Below are positions 33,156 through 45,045 of a DNA stretch of 64,000 bases, in pieces. The position numbers and the translations under genes are program-made. The stretch is from the human T2T-CHM13v2.0 reference genome, Homo sapiens. Where the stretch lies: NCBI RefSeq assembly GCF_009914755.1, contig NC_060938.1. One strand, written 5' to 3'. The notes beneath the pieces are model-generated. The model had not been told where the DNA came from and ran no database searches. It saw only the letters and a list, made by a program, of their open reading frames with translations. Each line of letters opens with the position of its first letter. Within the stretch, counting starts at the first letter, position 1.

Positions 33156-33538
33156 GGGGGCGGGGAATGCGGGGGGCCGCTATAAATAGAGGGCGATCGC
33201 GGGCAGGCGGGGGGTGGGGAGAGGATGGCCAACAGGGACTCTGGGGTCAATGCCTCAAGGGGCGCGGGGGAGGGGCCGGGGACCCCCAGAGGCTCTGACT
33301 CCTGGGTAAACAGGCGCAGGGGCGGAGTTAACCCTGCGGGGGTGGAGTAGGGGCTTGGGGAGGACGCAGTGTCCTGGGCTGGGACCCAAGAGACCCTGTG
33401 GCTTCGCCGCTAACCCCTCCCAGTCCGGCCCAGAATAGGAGACCAGCTCAGGCCCGCTGAATCGCAATGCCCGGGGGATGGTCTCAGGGTCTGCCGCGTC
33501 CCTCTCGGTGCCCGAGTGGGTTTGCCACTGTAGACTTT

Positions 33539-33572
33539 ACACACACACGCACACGCACACACACACACACAC
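33539..33572. repeat. (AC/GC)n alternating purine-pyrimidine microsatellite
   Basis: acacacacacgcacacgcacacacacacacacac. Confidence 0.9.
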
Positions 33573-35642
33573 CCTGGAATGAGCTCTCCTTGTGCCCCTC
33601 GGAGGAAGGCTCCCTGGAATGAGTTAGTTGATTAAAAATGTGGCTTAAGGGAATTCGAAGTTGTTTAGGCAAAAGGAAACCTGACTGAATTTCTCCCCAC
33701 CTGCCCCCCTTGTAGCTCCCTCAATCCCAGGATCATATCCACCCCAACCCCCTTCAGACTGGTTCCTGAGTTGCCATTTCGGGGGCTGGGCGCCAGGCCA
33801 GTCAGGAACAATGGCCAATGGAACTTGAGCTGCCAACTGCAACACCAGCACCGACTGCCCCCCCAAGACCCCCAAGTTTCCCTGCCCCCTCCTGCCTGGG
33901 AACCACCCTCCCACCACCACCCTCACCACCCGCAATACCCCTCCCATCCAAGGAACATCAATGCCCCTTTCATCCCCACTTGGCAGGGTCTACTGGAAAG
34001 AAGGAGAGGCCAAGAGGGAGGAGGTGACCCACAGTAGGAAAACTGGTCGGGCTAAAACCCAGCCTTCAACAACCCCAAATCTAAGGAGCTCCCCCTACAT
34101 CCCCCAATTTGGAGCACCCAACTTTTCTTCTGTTCCTTTCTCCCACTCCCTTTATAACTTTTTCCCCAGAAACTGGCACAGAAGCTGGGCACCCTGGCTC
34201 CTCTCCTAGTCCCCTCTTCCCTCTGGATGCCAGTTTAACACTCTCCTGGACAAGGAAAAGCCTGCTGGAATAAGGGTCACAGCCAAAGGTGCGCAAGACA
34301 GGAGAGATCTCATCAGCACCAGAGGAACCTGGGGAGAGGGAGAGCCTCGAGTGAGAACTTTTGCCTGCAGGCTTTTCTTTGTCAAAAGTCGTCTTACTTG
34401 GAGTGGGGGAGGGAAGGACCTGAAGGTTCCAGCATCTAAATTCGTCTCTGGGTCAGGATGACTCAGGGGGAACCTGATAAGGGGCCTACGCAGGGGCGCA
34501 GGGCAGGCAGGAGATGGGAAATTTCCACTGACATCCATTGGCTTCCTAGACCTTGGGGTCCCACCCAGCCTGCTGCAGGCAGAAGTAAGGCTCGTTCTAC
34601 CCTAAGATATGGTTCTTCCATGTCAGGGCAGCTCCCAGCCCAACCAGGGTGTAAGTGTTGCAAGGACAATCTCTGTCTAAACTCTTTCCCTTTGGCCAGA
34701 GCAGCTTCACACTATACCTTCAAGTAAGCAACAGTTTTAAGTATCTGTTATGTGCAAGCCACCGTGTAGATGAAATTCAAAGTGTGCATCTGGTCACACC
34801 CTCTCTAGACATTTGTGATGAGAAATGACATTTTGACATTTGTCAAGAGAAGGTACAAACACAGGACAAGTTATATATAAGATCAATCATTTGGACAGTA
34901 AGTCCTATAGCAGTAGTTTCCCACCCTTCTCAAGTGGGAGATTAGAGATTTCCAACCCCACATAATAGGTATAGTATCCCCTGATGGAGAAAATGCAAAC
35001 TATGAATTCATCAATACTTTGAAGTAAGTTTCTGTCACAACATCTGTAAATGCGGTAATACCTACACATGCAAGGCATATTATTTACTCAGTTCACACTC
35101 ACTCTTTATACATACAGATTCTAGGGCCCTTTGCAAGATTTCAGAAATCCTCATGCCAGGAGGCTGTGGCCCACAGTCTAGAAATCATTATCTTACTATA
35201 ATTCAGAGAAGGAAAAGGGCTTTGTTCCTAGGATGAACCACCAAATGAGAAGTGCAACCATGGAGTACTTGAGTGGGAGTGAGGGGCATTCTATCCAGGC
35301 ACAGAGAGAGCATGAAGGACAGTTTGGAGGCAGAAACATTCAGGTTACTTTGGAGAACTGAATAGTAGCTTCCCATGTATTATCCCCTAATACCGTAAGG
35401 TTAGTGTTATCGTCCTCACTGTACAGATGAGAAAATTGAAACTCAGAAATGTTTAGTGAGTTGCCCAAGTCCACTCAGCTAGTAAATGACATATCTAGGA
35501 TTCATTTCCCCACCCCGGTCCATTCCACTCCAGGGACTATGCTCCTTCCACTCCCAAGTAGCCTGTCAAGTGTATAGCAATTAGGCCATATGACCCCAGC
35601 TGCAGAATAATCTGGTTCTTAGGTTTTTTGTTTCTTGGGGTT

Positions 35643-35643
35643 C

Positions 35644-35674
<31 letters not shown>

Positions 35675-35916
35675 GAGATGGGGTCTCTCTGTCAGCCAGG
35701 TGGGAGTGCGCTGACACAATCCTAGTTCACTGCAGCCCCAAACTCCCGGGCTCAAGCAATCCTCCCACTTCAGCCTCCTCAGTAGCTGGGACTACAGGTG
35801 CATGCCACCACTCCCAACTAATTTTTTTATTATTATTTATTTATCTAGAGACAAGGTCTCACTTTGTTGGCCTCCCAAAGTGCTGGAATTATAGGCATGA
35901 GCCACTGTGCCCTGCC
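35643..35916 (-). mobile_element. Alu (AluJ-like, internally deleted)
   Basis: Antisense Alu with (TTTTG)n tail; left arm shortened. Confidence 0.8.
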
Positions 35917-36663
35917 CAAGAATAATGTTGATGAGAGGTGGGTGATGTTTGGTAGGGTAGATTGGGGCCTAGTTAGTTGTATAGGTCCTTGAATGCTAAG
36001 CAAAAAGATTTAGCAATGAGAAGCTATAGTATATCTTGAGCCACAGAATATTCTTGAGCAGGAGTAATAAAAAATACTGTTTTGTGAAAATTAATCTGAT
36101 GGGGAGGAGGTAATAGAGATGGATTATGGGTGGGTGGGAGTGAAGAATTAGATTTAGAAAAGAGATCATTTAGAAACCAGAGTAGTCATCCAACTATGAG
36201 ATGATAAGAACTTGAATAAGGGTGGAAGCAATAGGAATGGAAAGAAAGGCATAGATTTGTAAGACAAAGAAAAAAAATAGAAAGTGGTGGCATTATTAGA
36301 TGGGAAAAGGAGGAAAGTCACCAGTCTCGTTGCTCTGTTTTAGGATCCGTGAGGTTCATCTATCTGTAGTGCTTCTGGCCAGAGAAAAGGCCGAAGAGAG
36401 AAAACCCTGAGGAACATCTTTGACCTGCATAGAAACTTATCTGAAGATTTTCAGAATCTGAGCCTCACCCTCAGTCTATCCCAGTTTTATCCTGACCTGT
36501 CCACATCTGTTATACTCCAAGGCTTGCTGGGCCCAACACTGGAAGCTATTTAATGTTTCTATTGCGACTGGCCTTTTAAAGCCAGTGGGATTCTCCATGC
36601 TACACTTGAGCCTGGAGACTAGAAAACATGACAGCCTGTTTTCATTAATCCGTTTTCATTAAC

Positions 36664-37349
36664 TGCTGTGGTCTGAATGTTTATGTTGTCCACAGATTCA
36701 TATATTAAAATCCTAACTCCCGGCTGGACGCAGTGGGTCACACCTGTAATCCCAGCACTTTGGGAGGCTGAGGCAGGTGGATCACTTGAGGTCAGGAGTT
36801 CGAAACCAGCCTGGCCAACATGGCAAAACCCCGTCTCTACTAAAAATGCAAAAATTAGCCAGGCATAGTGGCTGGGCTAATCCCAGCTACTGGGGAGGCT
36901 GAGGCATGAGAGTCGCTTGAATCCTGGGACTGGAGGTTGCAGTGCCCCAGGATCATGCCACTGCATTTCAGCCTGGGCAACAGACAGCGAGACTCCATCT
37001 CAAAATAAATACGCAAATAAATAAAATAAAATCCTAACTCCCAAAGTCATGGTATTAGGAGATGGGGCATTTTGGGGGGTGATTAAGTTTTATGAGGGCA
37101 GAGCCTTTCTGAATGGGATTCATACCCTTATAAATAGGCCCAAGGGAACTCATTCACCCCTTCTACCATGTGAGGACACAGCAAGAAGGTGCCATCTATG
37201 GACCGGAAAGCAGCCCTCACCAAACACTGAATCTGCCAGCACCTTGATCTTAGACTTCTCAGCCTTCAGAGCTCTGAGAAATAAATGTCTGTTGTTTATA
37301 AGCCACCCAGTTTGATATTTTGTTCTAGCAGCCCAAACAGACTACAACA
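36664..37349 (+). mobile_element. MaLR solo LTR (MLT1A-like) interrupted by an Alu
   Basis: tgctgtggtctgaatgt...ccatgtgaggacacagcaagaagg...gagaaataaatgtctgttgtttataagccacccag...gactacaaca. Confidence 0.8.
36722..37027 (+). mobile_element. Alu (AluS-type)
   Basis: TSD aaaatcctaactccc. Confidence 0.9.
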
Positions 37350-37984
37350 CCTTCCCTGGGCTCGCCTCAGCTTCTGTTGTGGGGCAGAGCATAAGGCAAT
37401 TTGACTAGGACCCAGAGGATGGGTAAGCTTGGCTGAAATGATGGAAATGTGATCATCTGAAAAGGTCAGAAAGTTGGCAGTTTGCTCAATTCGGCATGCA
37501 AGGTAGGGAGACCAAAAGCCCCCTCCTTTGAAGGCAATGGCTGTAGCTGGGGCCAGAAGTGATGTCACATAACCACTGCTGAGGTCATAGAATCTTCCCT
37601 CTCCTCCCTCTGTCTCCTCATTGCCACAGCCAACCGGCTCCCACATATCTGCACACACTTAAATACAAAGGCCGGGAAGGGTCAGACCACCATCCGGGTA
37701 CTCTAAGGTACATAAAAGAGGTAGGGGAAAGAGAGGATCATTCAGTAGGTAGGATCCACACTGGTATCTCCAATGCTGGGAATGGGAGACTCATGCTGTA
37801 GTTGCGTAGGTGCAATGGGAGCTGGGAGGGAGAAAGGAGAGAGCAACAGGGAAGAGGGGAGCTGTTCCTGTTGCTGACTGATTTTACCATAACACTCATC
37901 CTCATTACTCCACAGTCCTCCCTCCCCCTTCTCCTTCACCCCCAAGTGTCTCCCACGACTGCCCTCCCCGACCTCTAGCTGACC

Positions 37985-39480
37985 ATGGCATCAGAGGCAG
38001 AAAAAACATTCCATCGGTTTGCTGCGTTTGGAGAATCATCAAGCAGTGGCACTGAAATGAACAACAAGAACTTCTCCAAGCTGTGCAAAGACTGTGGCAT
38101 CATGGATGGCAAGACAGTCACCTCCACGGACGTGGACATCGTGTTCAGCAAAGTCAAGTGAGGAGCCAAAAATATGGAGGTGGGGGTGAGAAGAACCTGC
38201 GAGGTAGTTGGCCACGGAAGGGTTCACGTGGTGGAACATTTGCAGTGGGCCTACCAAGCACCACAGGGTACCTGGCGCTGTGCTATCCTTTGTCTTCAAG
38301 ACACTCACTGATTGACAGGACAAAAGAGGCCAAATCTGAGTGAGGCAAGAGTTGGACCTTGGAAGGTAATGCATTCATGCTCCAAAGTTTCTGGATTTCT
38401 GTCTAACTGACCAGGGCCAAGAACGCCCGAACCATCACGTTTCAACAGTTCAAAGAGGCAGTGAAGGAACTGGGCCAGAAGCGCTTCAAAGGGAAGAGTC
38501 CAGATGAAGTCCTGGAGAACATTTATGGACTCATGGAGGGCAAAGACCCAGCCACCACTGGCGCTACTGTGAGTGACAGCCTTCATCCCCTTGACCCTAC
38601 TTCCCTAAATCCCCATTGTTCCAGTCTACCCTCCCTAACCCTGCCAACTGTGTGACTGTAGAGACAGGGCCGAAACAGACTTTAGAGATCATCTAGACAT
38701 TCCAGAAGTCAGGAAAATGTGGCCCAGAGAAGGGAAGTGACTTGCCCAAGGTCCATGGCTATTTTAATAGTAGATTTAGACTAATTTCCAAGTGTCTAGT
38801 ATCTGAGCCAGGCAATTAGGGCTTGGTAGCTTTTGGAGGACATTAGTGTAGAGAATTTGGTACCTGATGCCCACTCCTCTTCCAATTCTTATTTAGGGTT
38901 TAATCTCAGGCCTCCTGCCTCTCACCTACTCCCTTTTTTAATTGTCCTGTCTGAACTAAAAGCTCTTTCTACAGTGGATATTGAGTCGGGGAGTGGGAGT
39001 GAAGTCCTCAGGCAGCAGCCTAGTCAGAATAACTCCTCTGGAAACAAAAAACCTACCCTCCCTCTGCACACGCCACACTCATTCCCACACCACACTCCTC
39101 CTCCCCCATGAGTGAACGGCTCTTACCGGAGTACCTGCCCACAGCTGTATCTGGGCCCTAAGAAAGCAGCACCCCATGCCAGTGGCAGAGCAAGAGCTCC
39201 AAGCACTTGTTCTAAGTATCTCGGGCCATCTTTGGGGAAGGGATATGACAGCGTAAGGAAAGGAAGAGAGCTCAAATCCATCCCTGGCTTGCAGAAAGCA
39301 ACAACAGTGGGTGCAGTGGACCGTTTGACAGACACCAGCAAGTACACCGGCACCCACAAGGAGCGCTTTGATGAGAGTGGCAAGGGCAAGGGCATTGCGG
39401 GACGGGAAGAGATGACTGACAACACAGGCTATGTGAGTGGTTACAAGGGTTCTGGCACCTACGATAAGAAGACCAAGTAG
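37985..39480 (+). CDS. TPPP2: Tubulin polymerization-promoting protein family member 2 (170 aa); coding exons 37985-38157, 38415-38568, 39295-39480
   Basis: [16 protein letters not shown]...KLCKDC...[17 protein letters not shown]...GKGKGIAG (p25alpha domain). Probable non-coding exon donor at 37707; AATAAA at 39549-39554. Confidence 0.97.
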
Positions 39481-40232
39481 AGAGGAGCTTCATCTCAGCC
39501 TGCTAGCCCCCTGACCCTGCATGTTTAACACCAGGGAGCTTGGAAAACAATAAACATCTGTGTGTGCAGCAGCCAAAATCTCTGTCTGTGAGGGACAGAT
39601 GAGCCTACTAGTGTAGAGAGAGGGAGAAGAGGCAGCACGGGAGGGTGGGTTCTCAACCACACACCCTTCACTCTGCTTAGCCTTATGCCTACCAGCCAAC
39701 AGTTAGCATTCCTCCTCAACAGCTGCTTCCAAGAACAGGATGGAAGAATATATTTGGAGTAAAGAGATGAACCAGATGTGGAGGTAAAAGTATCTACTAC
39801 TTGTGTTCACACATTACTGATATCCACCTCTCCACCCCCATCCCTCAAAAGGGTGTAGCAATTCCTCACGTGATGGACTATGACTATATCACATATTAGA
39901 TCCTTCCCTGTCCCTCCACCTTCCTCATCTGTTGCAATTCAGGTTTTTTGGGTGGAGGAGTAGAAGCCAGCTAAGGTTGCCTGACTTCTATTACAAATTT
40001 GTTCCAGAGCTGGGGTAAGGGGAGAGTCTATTTTCAACACCCAGCCCAGAACTAAGTTTTACCCCACATCACCTCCATCATGGGGCACATGGGACAGAAG
40101 AGCTTACTGACTGCTAAGGGTAGCTCAGGAAGATGGCCAGATGAGGCAGGCTGCCAGGATTCCAAGAGCAGGAGTTCTGGTGCACTGAAGAAAAAGCAAT
40201 TAAATCACAACAGAGTCAGATGTGTGTTATTA

Positions 40233-40342
40233 ACTTTTTATTTTGAATTGATTATGGGTTGACAGGAAGTTACAAAAAATGGTACAGAGGGGTCTCGTGT
40301 GCCCTTCACCCAGTTTCCCCCAATGGTTACATCTTACATACT
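40233..40342 (-). mobile_element. Ancient L1 (L1M-type) 3'-end fragment
   Basis: ttttattttgaa...acaggaagttacaaaaaatggtacagag...cccttcacccagtttcccccaatggttacatcttacata resembles the reversed L1M 3' terminus. Confidence 0.65.
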
Positions 40343-41220
40343 CAGATGTGGTTTTAGAAATTTATGTTCGATTAGAGCCGGGCCTGCCTCATTCGCTGCC
40401 TGGTCAGGGGCAGACTCTGGAGTCTGGGGGATTTGGGAGGAGCTTCTGGAAGAGAAGGGAAGCAGGAACCTCTGGGGAATGGGTGAGAGAAGATACCTTG
40501 AAATGCCAGTGAGCCAAGGTAAGAAGACTGGAAGAAAAAGAGGTTGGAAAAAGGAAGGCAGGGTGACTACGGTTGTTGGGAGTGTGGGGGAGACAGTCCT
40601 AGGCTCCATGGTAAGAGGAAGCAGGAGAGGACAGTTATATGAAGGGAGAAACCATGATTTCACAGAGAGAAGCAGGCTGGAAACTGGGGGTTGTGGGGAA
40701 GTGAGGCTAACATGAGTCTGAGGGCCTCAGGGAGGTTCCTATAGCTAGCCATATCCCCTGAGTAGGTGGGTGAGTGGAGGGAATTATAAGGGAACTGGGG
40801 GAGGCTGACATGAGAAGGCTGGTGGGGATGGGGAGGTGAGACTCGGAGCTGGTGCCTGTTGCCATGGTGTGAGCTGAGGCCCTGGGCCTCCATCCAGGAC
40901 TTAGGATCTGGCCCAGTGGGTGGACAGTCACTGCCAACTGGACACAGTCAACTTCTTGGGTGGGTTTTACTGTCTCTGGGAGAGGAAGGATGATGAGGAG
41001 GTGGGGGCGAAGAGGGGGTAAACAAGCTGGAAAGAACCTAGAAGATAGCACCACTTTGCATGGTGATCAAAGCCCTGGACATTTTCGCACCCACCTGGTC
41101 TCTTGGGAGGGGACCCTGCCTGCCTCGTAAGTCAGGAAGGAAGTCTTGTTACAGGGATCAGAGTGTTGGAAATGGAGACAGCTGGCCTGTGGTGGTAGAG
41201 GTTGGGGAGTGGCTCAGGAA

Positions 41221-41691
41221 TTAAATTCCCGAATAGAGACCAGCGATACCTATTGGATCAGCTTCATACTTGCGGGAGCAGAGTAGGTAGAGCTTCTGGT
41301 TGGTTAGGGTGCTATTGTAGTAGCAGCTAGTGGGTGGCTGTTGGTGGCTCAGGGAGCAGACCGTGATGGGGAGGGAATCCTGGGTGAGTGTGCAGTATTC
41401 ATTGTAATTCTCACAGAAGCTGTCACTATACTTGCAGAACTTCTGGATGGCCTTCCAAGGGGCATGTATCACATAATGGATCTTTGGGCAATCTGAATTT
41501 TGCATCTTGCCTCGCATATAGGACATCAGACCATTACAATAGCCCCGGAAACCCTTTGGGTAGTTAACCCTGGGATAGTCAATGCTTAAGGTATAGAAGT
41601 TCCTGCTGCCAATCTGCATCTTGATGTCCATGACCAGAGTTGGCCCCAGAACAAGCTGGAGGAAAAGGAGCCGGGTCACAGCTGGTGCCAT
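41221..41691 (-). CDS. RNASE13: Ribonuclease A family member 13 (probably inactive), 156 aa, single coding exon
   Basis: MAPAVTRLLFLQLVLGPTLV signal peptide; RNase A cysteine spacing; no CKxxNTF or catalytic His; tandem CAGCAG acceptor just upstream; probable 5' exon donor near 42058. Confidence 0.95.
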   Translation of the reverse strand: MAPAVTRLLFLQLVLGPTLVMDIKMQIGSRNFYTLSIDYPRVNYPKGFRGYCNGLMSYMRGKMQNSDCPKIHYVIHAPWKAIQKFCKYSDSFCENYNEYCTLTQDSLPITVCSLSHQQPPTSCYYNSTLTNQKLYLLCSRKYEADPIGIAGLYSGI

Positions 41692-43737
41692 TCCTCCTGC
41701 TGGTAGAGTTAAGGTGGTTGGGGGCAGCAGTGGGCCTGAAGTGGCTGTCTGCCACATCCCAGAGCCTCCAGCATTCCCAACCCAACAGTACTTTAGAGAT
41801 CATCTCACCCATAACCAAGTTCTCATGACCCAGAAAGAGGAGATGCTTGCCCAAGGCCACCCAGACAACCAGCCACCTTCAGCCAGCCCTGCTCCCCTGG
41901 TCCACCACAGAATCTCAGCCTCTGCAGAGTCCGTGAGCTACATTTGCAGAATAAGAGCTCTAACTGGTCCTTGGGTGAGAGACTCTTCCCAAGAGTCCTT
42001 GGGCCCCTGGCACTCCTGCTAGTAAAAAATGCAGAGAAGAAAGAAGGAGCAGGCTGACCTGACAATTCTCTGGCAGCTGGGAGGAAGGACAGGAGCTGAA
42101 GATAGCTGGGTAGGGACGTGTATTCTTCTTGCCAAGGCCAAGACAGTCAAGAGATGAGGAGAGGCTAGAAAGGTTTCTAGGTAAAAATCAGTCTGGGAGG
42201 AGGGAATGTCCCCGAGTTTGATGAGCCCCTGTGCTAAGAGGGTTGGATGGGTGGGAGGAAAGAGGCATTACTATCTGGTCTCCTCCTCTACAGTGTCATT
42301 GGAACACTTACTTCCAATCTCCTTGCCAAAAGTTCCTAAGTGCCTGGGCTTTCTTTGATGTTTTCTCTGTTCCATAGCCTGTGCTCTCGTGGCAAGGTGA
42401 GTAGGAAAGCACTGTTATGTTTCTGAGGAACAAAGTGCTTCTTATTCCTGACCCTCAGAGAACAGAGCATTCGCCACTTTGTCATCCCACTCACGGGAGC
42501 CCAGGAGGGCATGTACTCAGGGGCCTCCCACCAAAGTGCTGGGCTGAGAATCAAAGACCTCCATGTGGACTCCCCACGGTCCCTATCAGCCTTACTCCTG
42601 TCACACCCACAGCCTTCACCTGTGACCTCAGGCCCTGTCAGAGTTTGAGCACTACTGGAAATCTCTGCATGCTGACTCTGAAGCCTCAAACTTGGCAGTT
42701 TGGATTTGAAAGCATAACCTGAACATGAAAAGCTGTGGATGCCAGAGCCTGGCATGATCCGTTTCGTACTGTTGGTTGATCTCTGAGTGGTTTGCCATGC
42801 TGGGGAAAGGGCCACGCTCCTATCTTTTTCATCAACATCTTCCCTTTCATCAGAATCAAAGAGCCAGCTCCCTGGAAACTGCTAGCTCTTGCCCTTGACT
42901 TCCACAGGTCACTCAGCCTTGTTAGTCTGCAAGGTGTCTTCCAGATTTGGGGCCTCCTCTTAGGAGAGCCTTTTTACCTTTGCTGGACAGCAGAAAAGGG
43001 GAGTCAGAACACAGAAAGCTGAGTGCTCCAACACCCTCAGTATAGCTCAGGAGGAGGGAGTAAGGCCGCAGAGAGAAAGATTGGTGTTCCTCATGTAGAG
43101 CCCCCTAAACTGGCACTTTCTGACAGCACAAACCACAGTCCAAAATGGAATCCATCCTCCCCATAACTTGTTTCTCTTCCTGTTTTGTCAACTCAGTTTC
43201 CCTGGTTACCTATGCAAGAAACCTGAAAGTGATCCTAGACCCCTCCACCTCCCCAATCCCAGCTACGGGGAGGCGGTCCTGCATGGTGGTTAAGATCAAG
43301 GCTTTTGAGTGAAACAGACCAGGAATTGAATCCTGCCTCTGCAGCTTACAAACTGCACACCATCTATCTGTTTACGAAACCACTGAAAGCTTCCTTGTTT
43401 CATCTGTTCATGAGGACAGTATTTTTTACCTCACGGCAGTATGAGGATCCATTAAGATGTATATCAAGAGTTTTTAGACCAGTGCCCGGCACATGGTGAG
43501 TCCTCAGTATGAGCCTGAGTCCATCAGTCACACAGCCCTGACAATCTTAAACTTTTCCCAAGCCCATCTCTTCCATTCTTATTTCTTCCTCAGTGGATGC
43601 TCTCGTCTCGCCTGGACAGCACACACACTCCAACTCCAGTAAGACTCAACTCAAATATATCTCTTATACAACTTCAAGAGAAAAAGTGTGGTCCCTTCTT
43701 TCGTCTAAAAGTCTGCAATAGCTTGTTTCTCATAGGG

Positions 43738-43953
43738 TAGGGGTGCCCAGTCTTTTGGCTTCCCTGGGCCACATTGGAAGAAGAATTGTCTTGGGCCACA
43801 CATAAAATACACTATCACTAACGACAGCTGATGAGCTTAAAACATGCAAAAAAATTCATAATGTTTTAAGAAAGTTTACGAATTTGTGTTGGGCTGCATT
43901 CAAAGCCATCCTGGGCCACATGTGACCCGCGGGCCATGGGTTGGACAAGCTTG
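43738..43953 (+). mobile_element. MER30 (hAT non-autonomous DNA transposon)
   Basis: taggggtg...ttggacaagcttg with 8-bp TSD tc(a/g)taggg. Confidence 0.88.
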
Positions 43954-44867
43954 TCGTAGGGTATAGTCCAAACTACATCTCACAGGACATAAGACTTCCC
44001 ATGATCTTGCACCTGCCCATGTGTACAACTGCATCTGCATCCCTGCCTGCTTCCCACCTTGTCCCCCACCTCCTCTATGCCCTATCTGCTGCTGTCTCCT
44101 CTACCTGGAAGCCTGCTGCTGCACCGTTCCTCGCCCCCATCTATTCCATGGTGCTAGCTCATAGAAAGACTCAACCCAGAGGTCCCACTTAGAAAGCCTC
44201 TGCTGGGAAGACCTCGCCAAGGAAGTGGGCACCGTCAAGCAAGTGAGGATAGAGCCCACATGGGCAGGTGGCTCATCTGTATTCTTCAGGCTGCTCAACA
44301 AGACAACACTGAGCGGGTGCCAATGCAGGGTGTCGCCTGAGCCTGGCTGACTCAGGCCTTTGCTTTGAGGAAGCCAACCACATTGTGGTCCCTGCCTTGA
44401 ATCATGCCACCTCTTCCCTGGTCCCTCAAGGCTGCAGCTTCCCTGAGAATAGAAAGGGACTTTTTATACCTTTTGTTCTTCCTCTTCCTTCATTCCCCAG
44501 CCACCCATCACCGCTCTTCGCTCCCCCCACCCAACACCACTCACTTCTGCCGCACAATTACAGAAACTGAACAGCACATTATAGAGGAAAGCATTCAGGA
44601 CTTAAATGATTTAATGATGATGAGCCTTCGGCTTCCCAACTGCAATCCTGGTGATCTGTTCCCTAAAATCCTGTCCTAGAGGTGCTGATGCATAAGATTA
44701 CTTCATCCATTCTGACAACCTCATCATGGTGTCATGTGCTCCGTAAGCCTGAGATTAGTGGGATTGTTACCCCATTACACCGGGTTTTACATACACAAGC
44801 ATTTCCCTAGGGATGAAAAACTAAGTTCTAGAGTGACAGTGGCTTGCTCAAGGTCATATGTCTAATT

Positions 44868-45045
44868 CAGTAGTTCCAGGGACAATTGGATAATGTCTGG
44901 AGACATTTTTGGTTGTCACAACCAGGAGTTGCTACTGGCCTGTGGCCAGGGATATTGCTGAACATCCCACATTTCACAGGACAGCTCCCATAACAAAGAA
45001 TTATCCAGACCAAGATGTAAATAACACTGAGGTTGTGAAGCCCTG
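44868..45045 (+). mobile_element. MER20 (hAT)
   Basis: aatgtctggagacatttttggttgtcacaac...acaaagaattatcc...gaggttgtgaagccctg. Confidence 0.8.

Larger units (their letters stand above)
32040..33530. promoter_or_regulatory. CpG island / NDRG2 promoter
   Basis: Very GC-rich with dense CpG, many CCGCCC boxes and G-runs. Confidence 0.9.

Noticed and set aside
32184-33298. Long overlapping ORFs of 218-263 aa on both strands
   Set aside because: Pro/Arg/Gly/Ala-rich products expected from stop-codon scarcity in a CpG island; no recognisable domain
39112-39294. Upstream extension of the last TPPP2 exon ORF
   Set aside because: Intronic read-through; the acceptor at 39294 restores the 170-aa p25alpha protein
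41692-41757. 22-aa N-terminal extension of the RNASE13 ORF
   Set aside because: Starts at a non-ATG codon and runs through the intron acceptor; the signal peptide begins at ATG 41691
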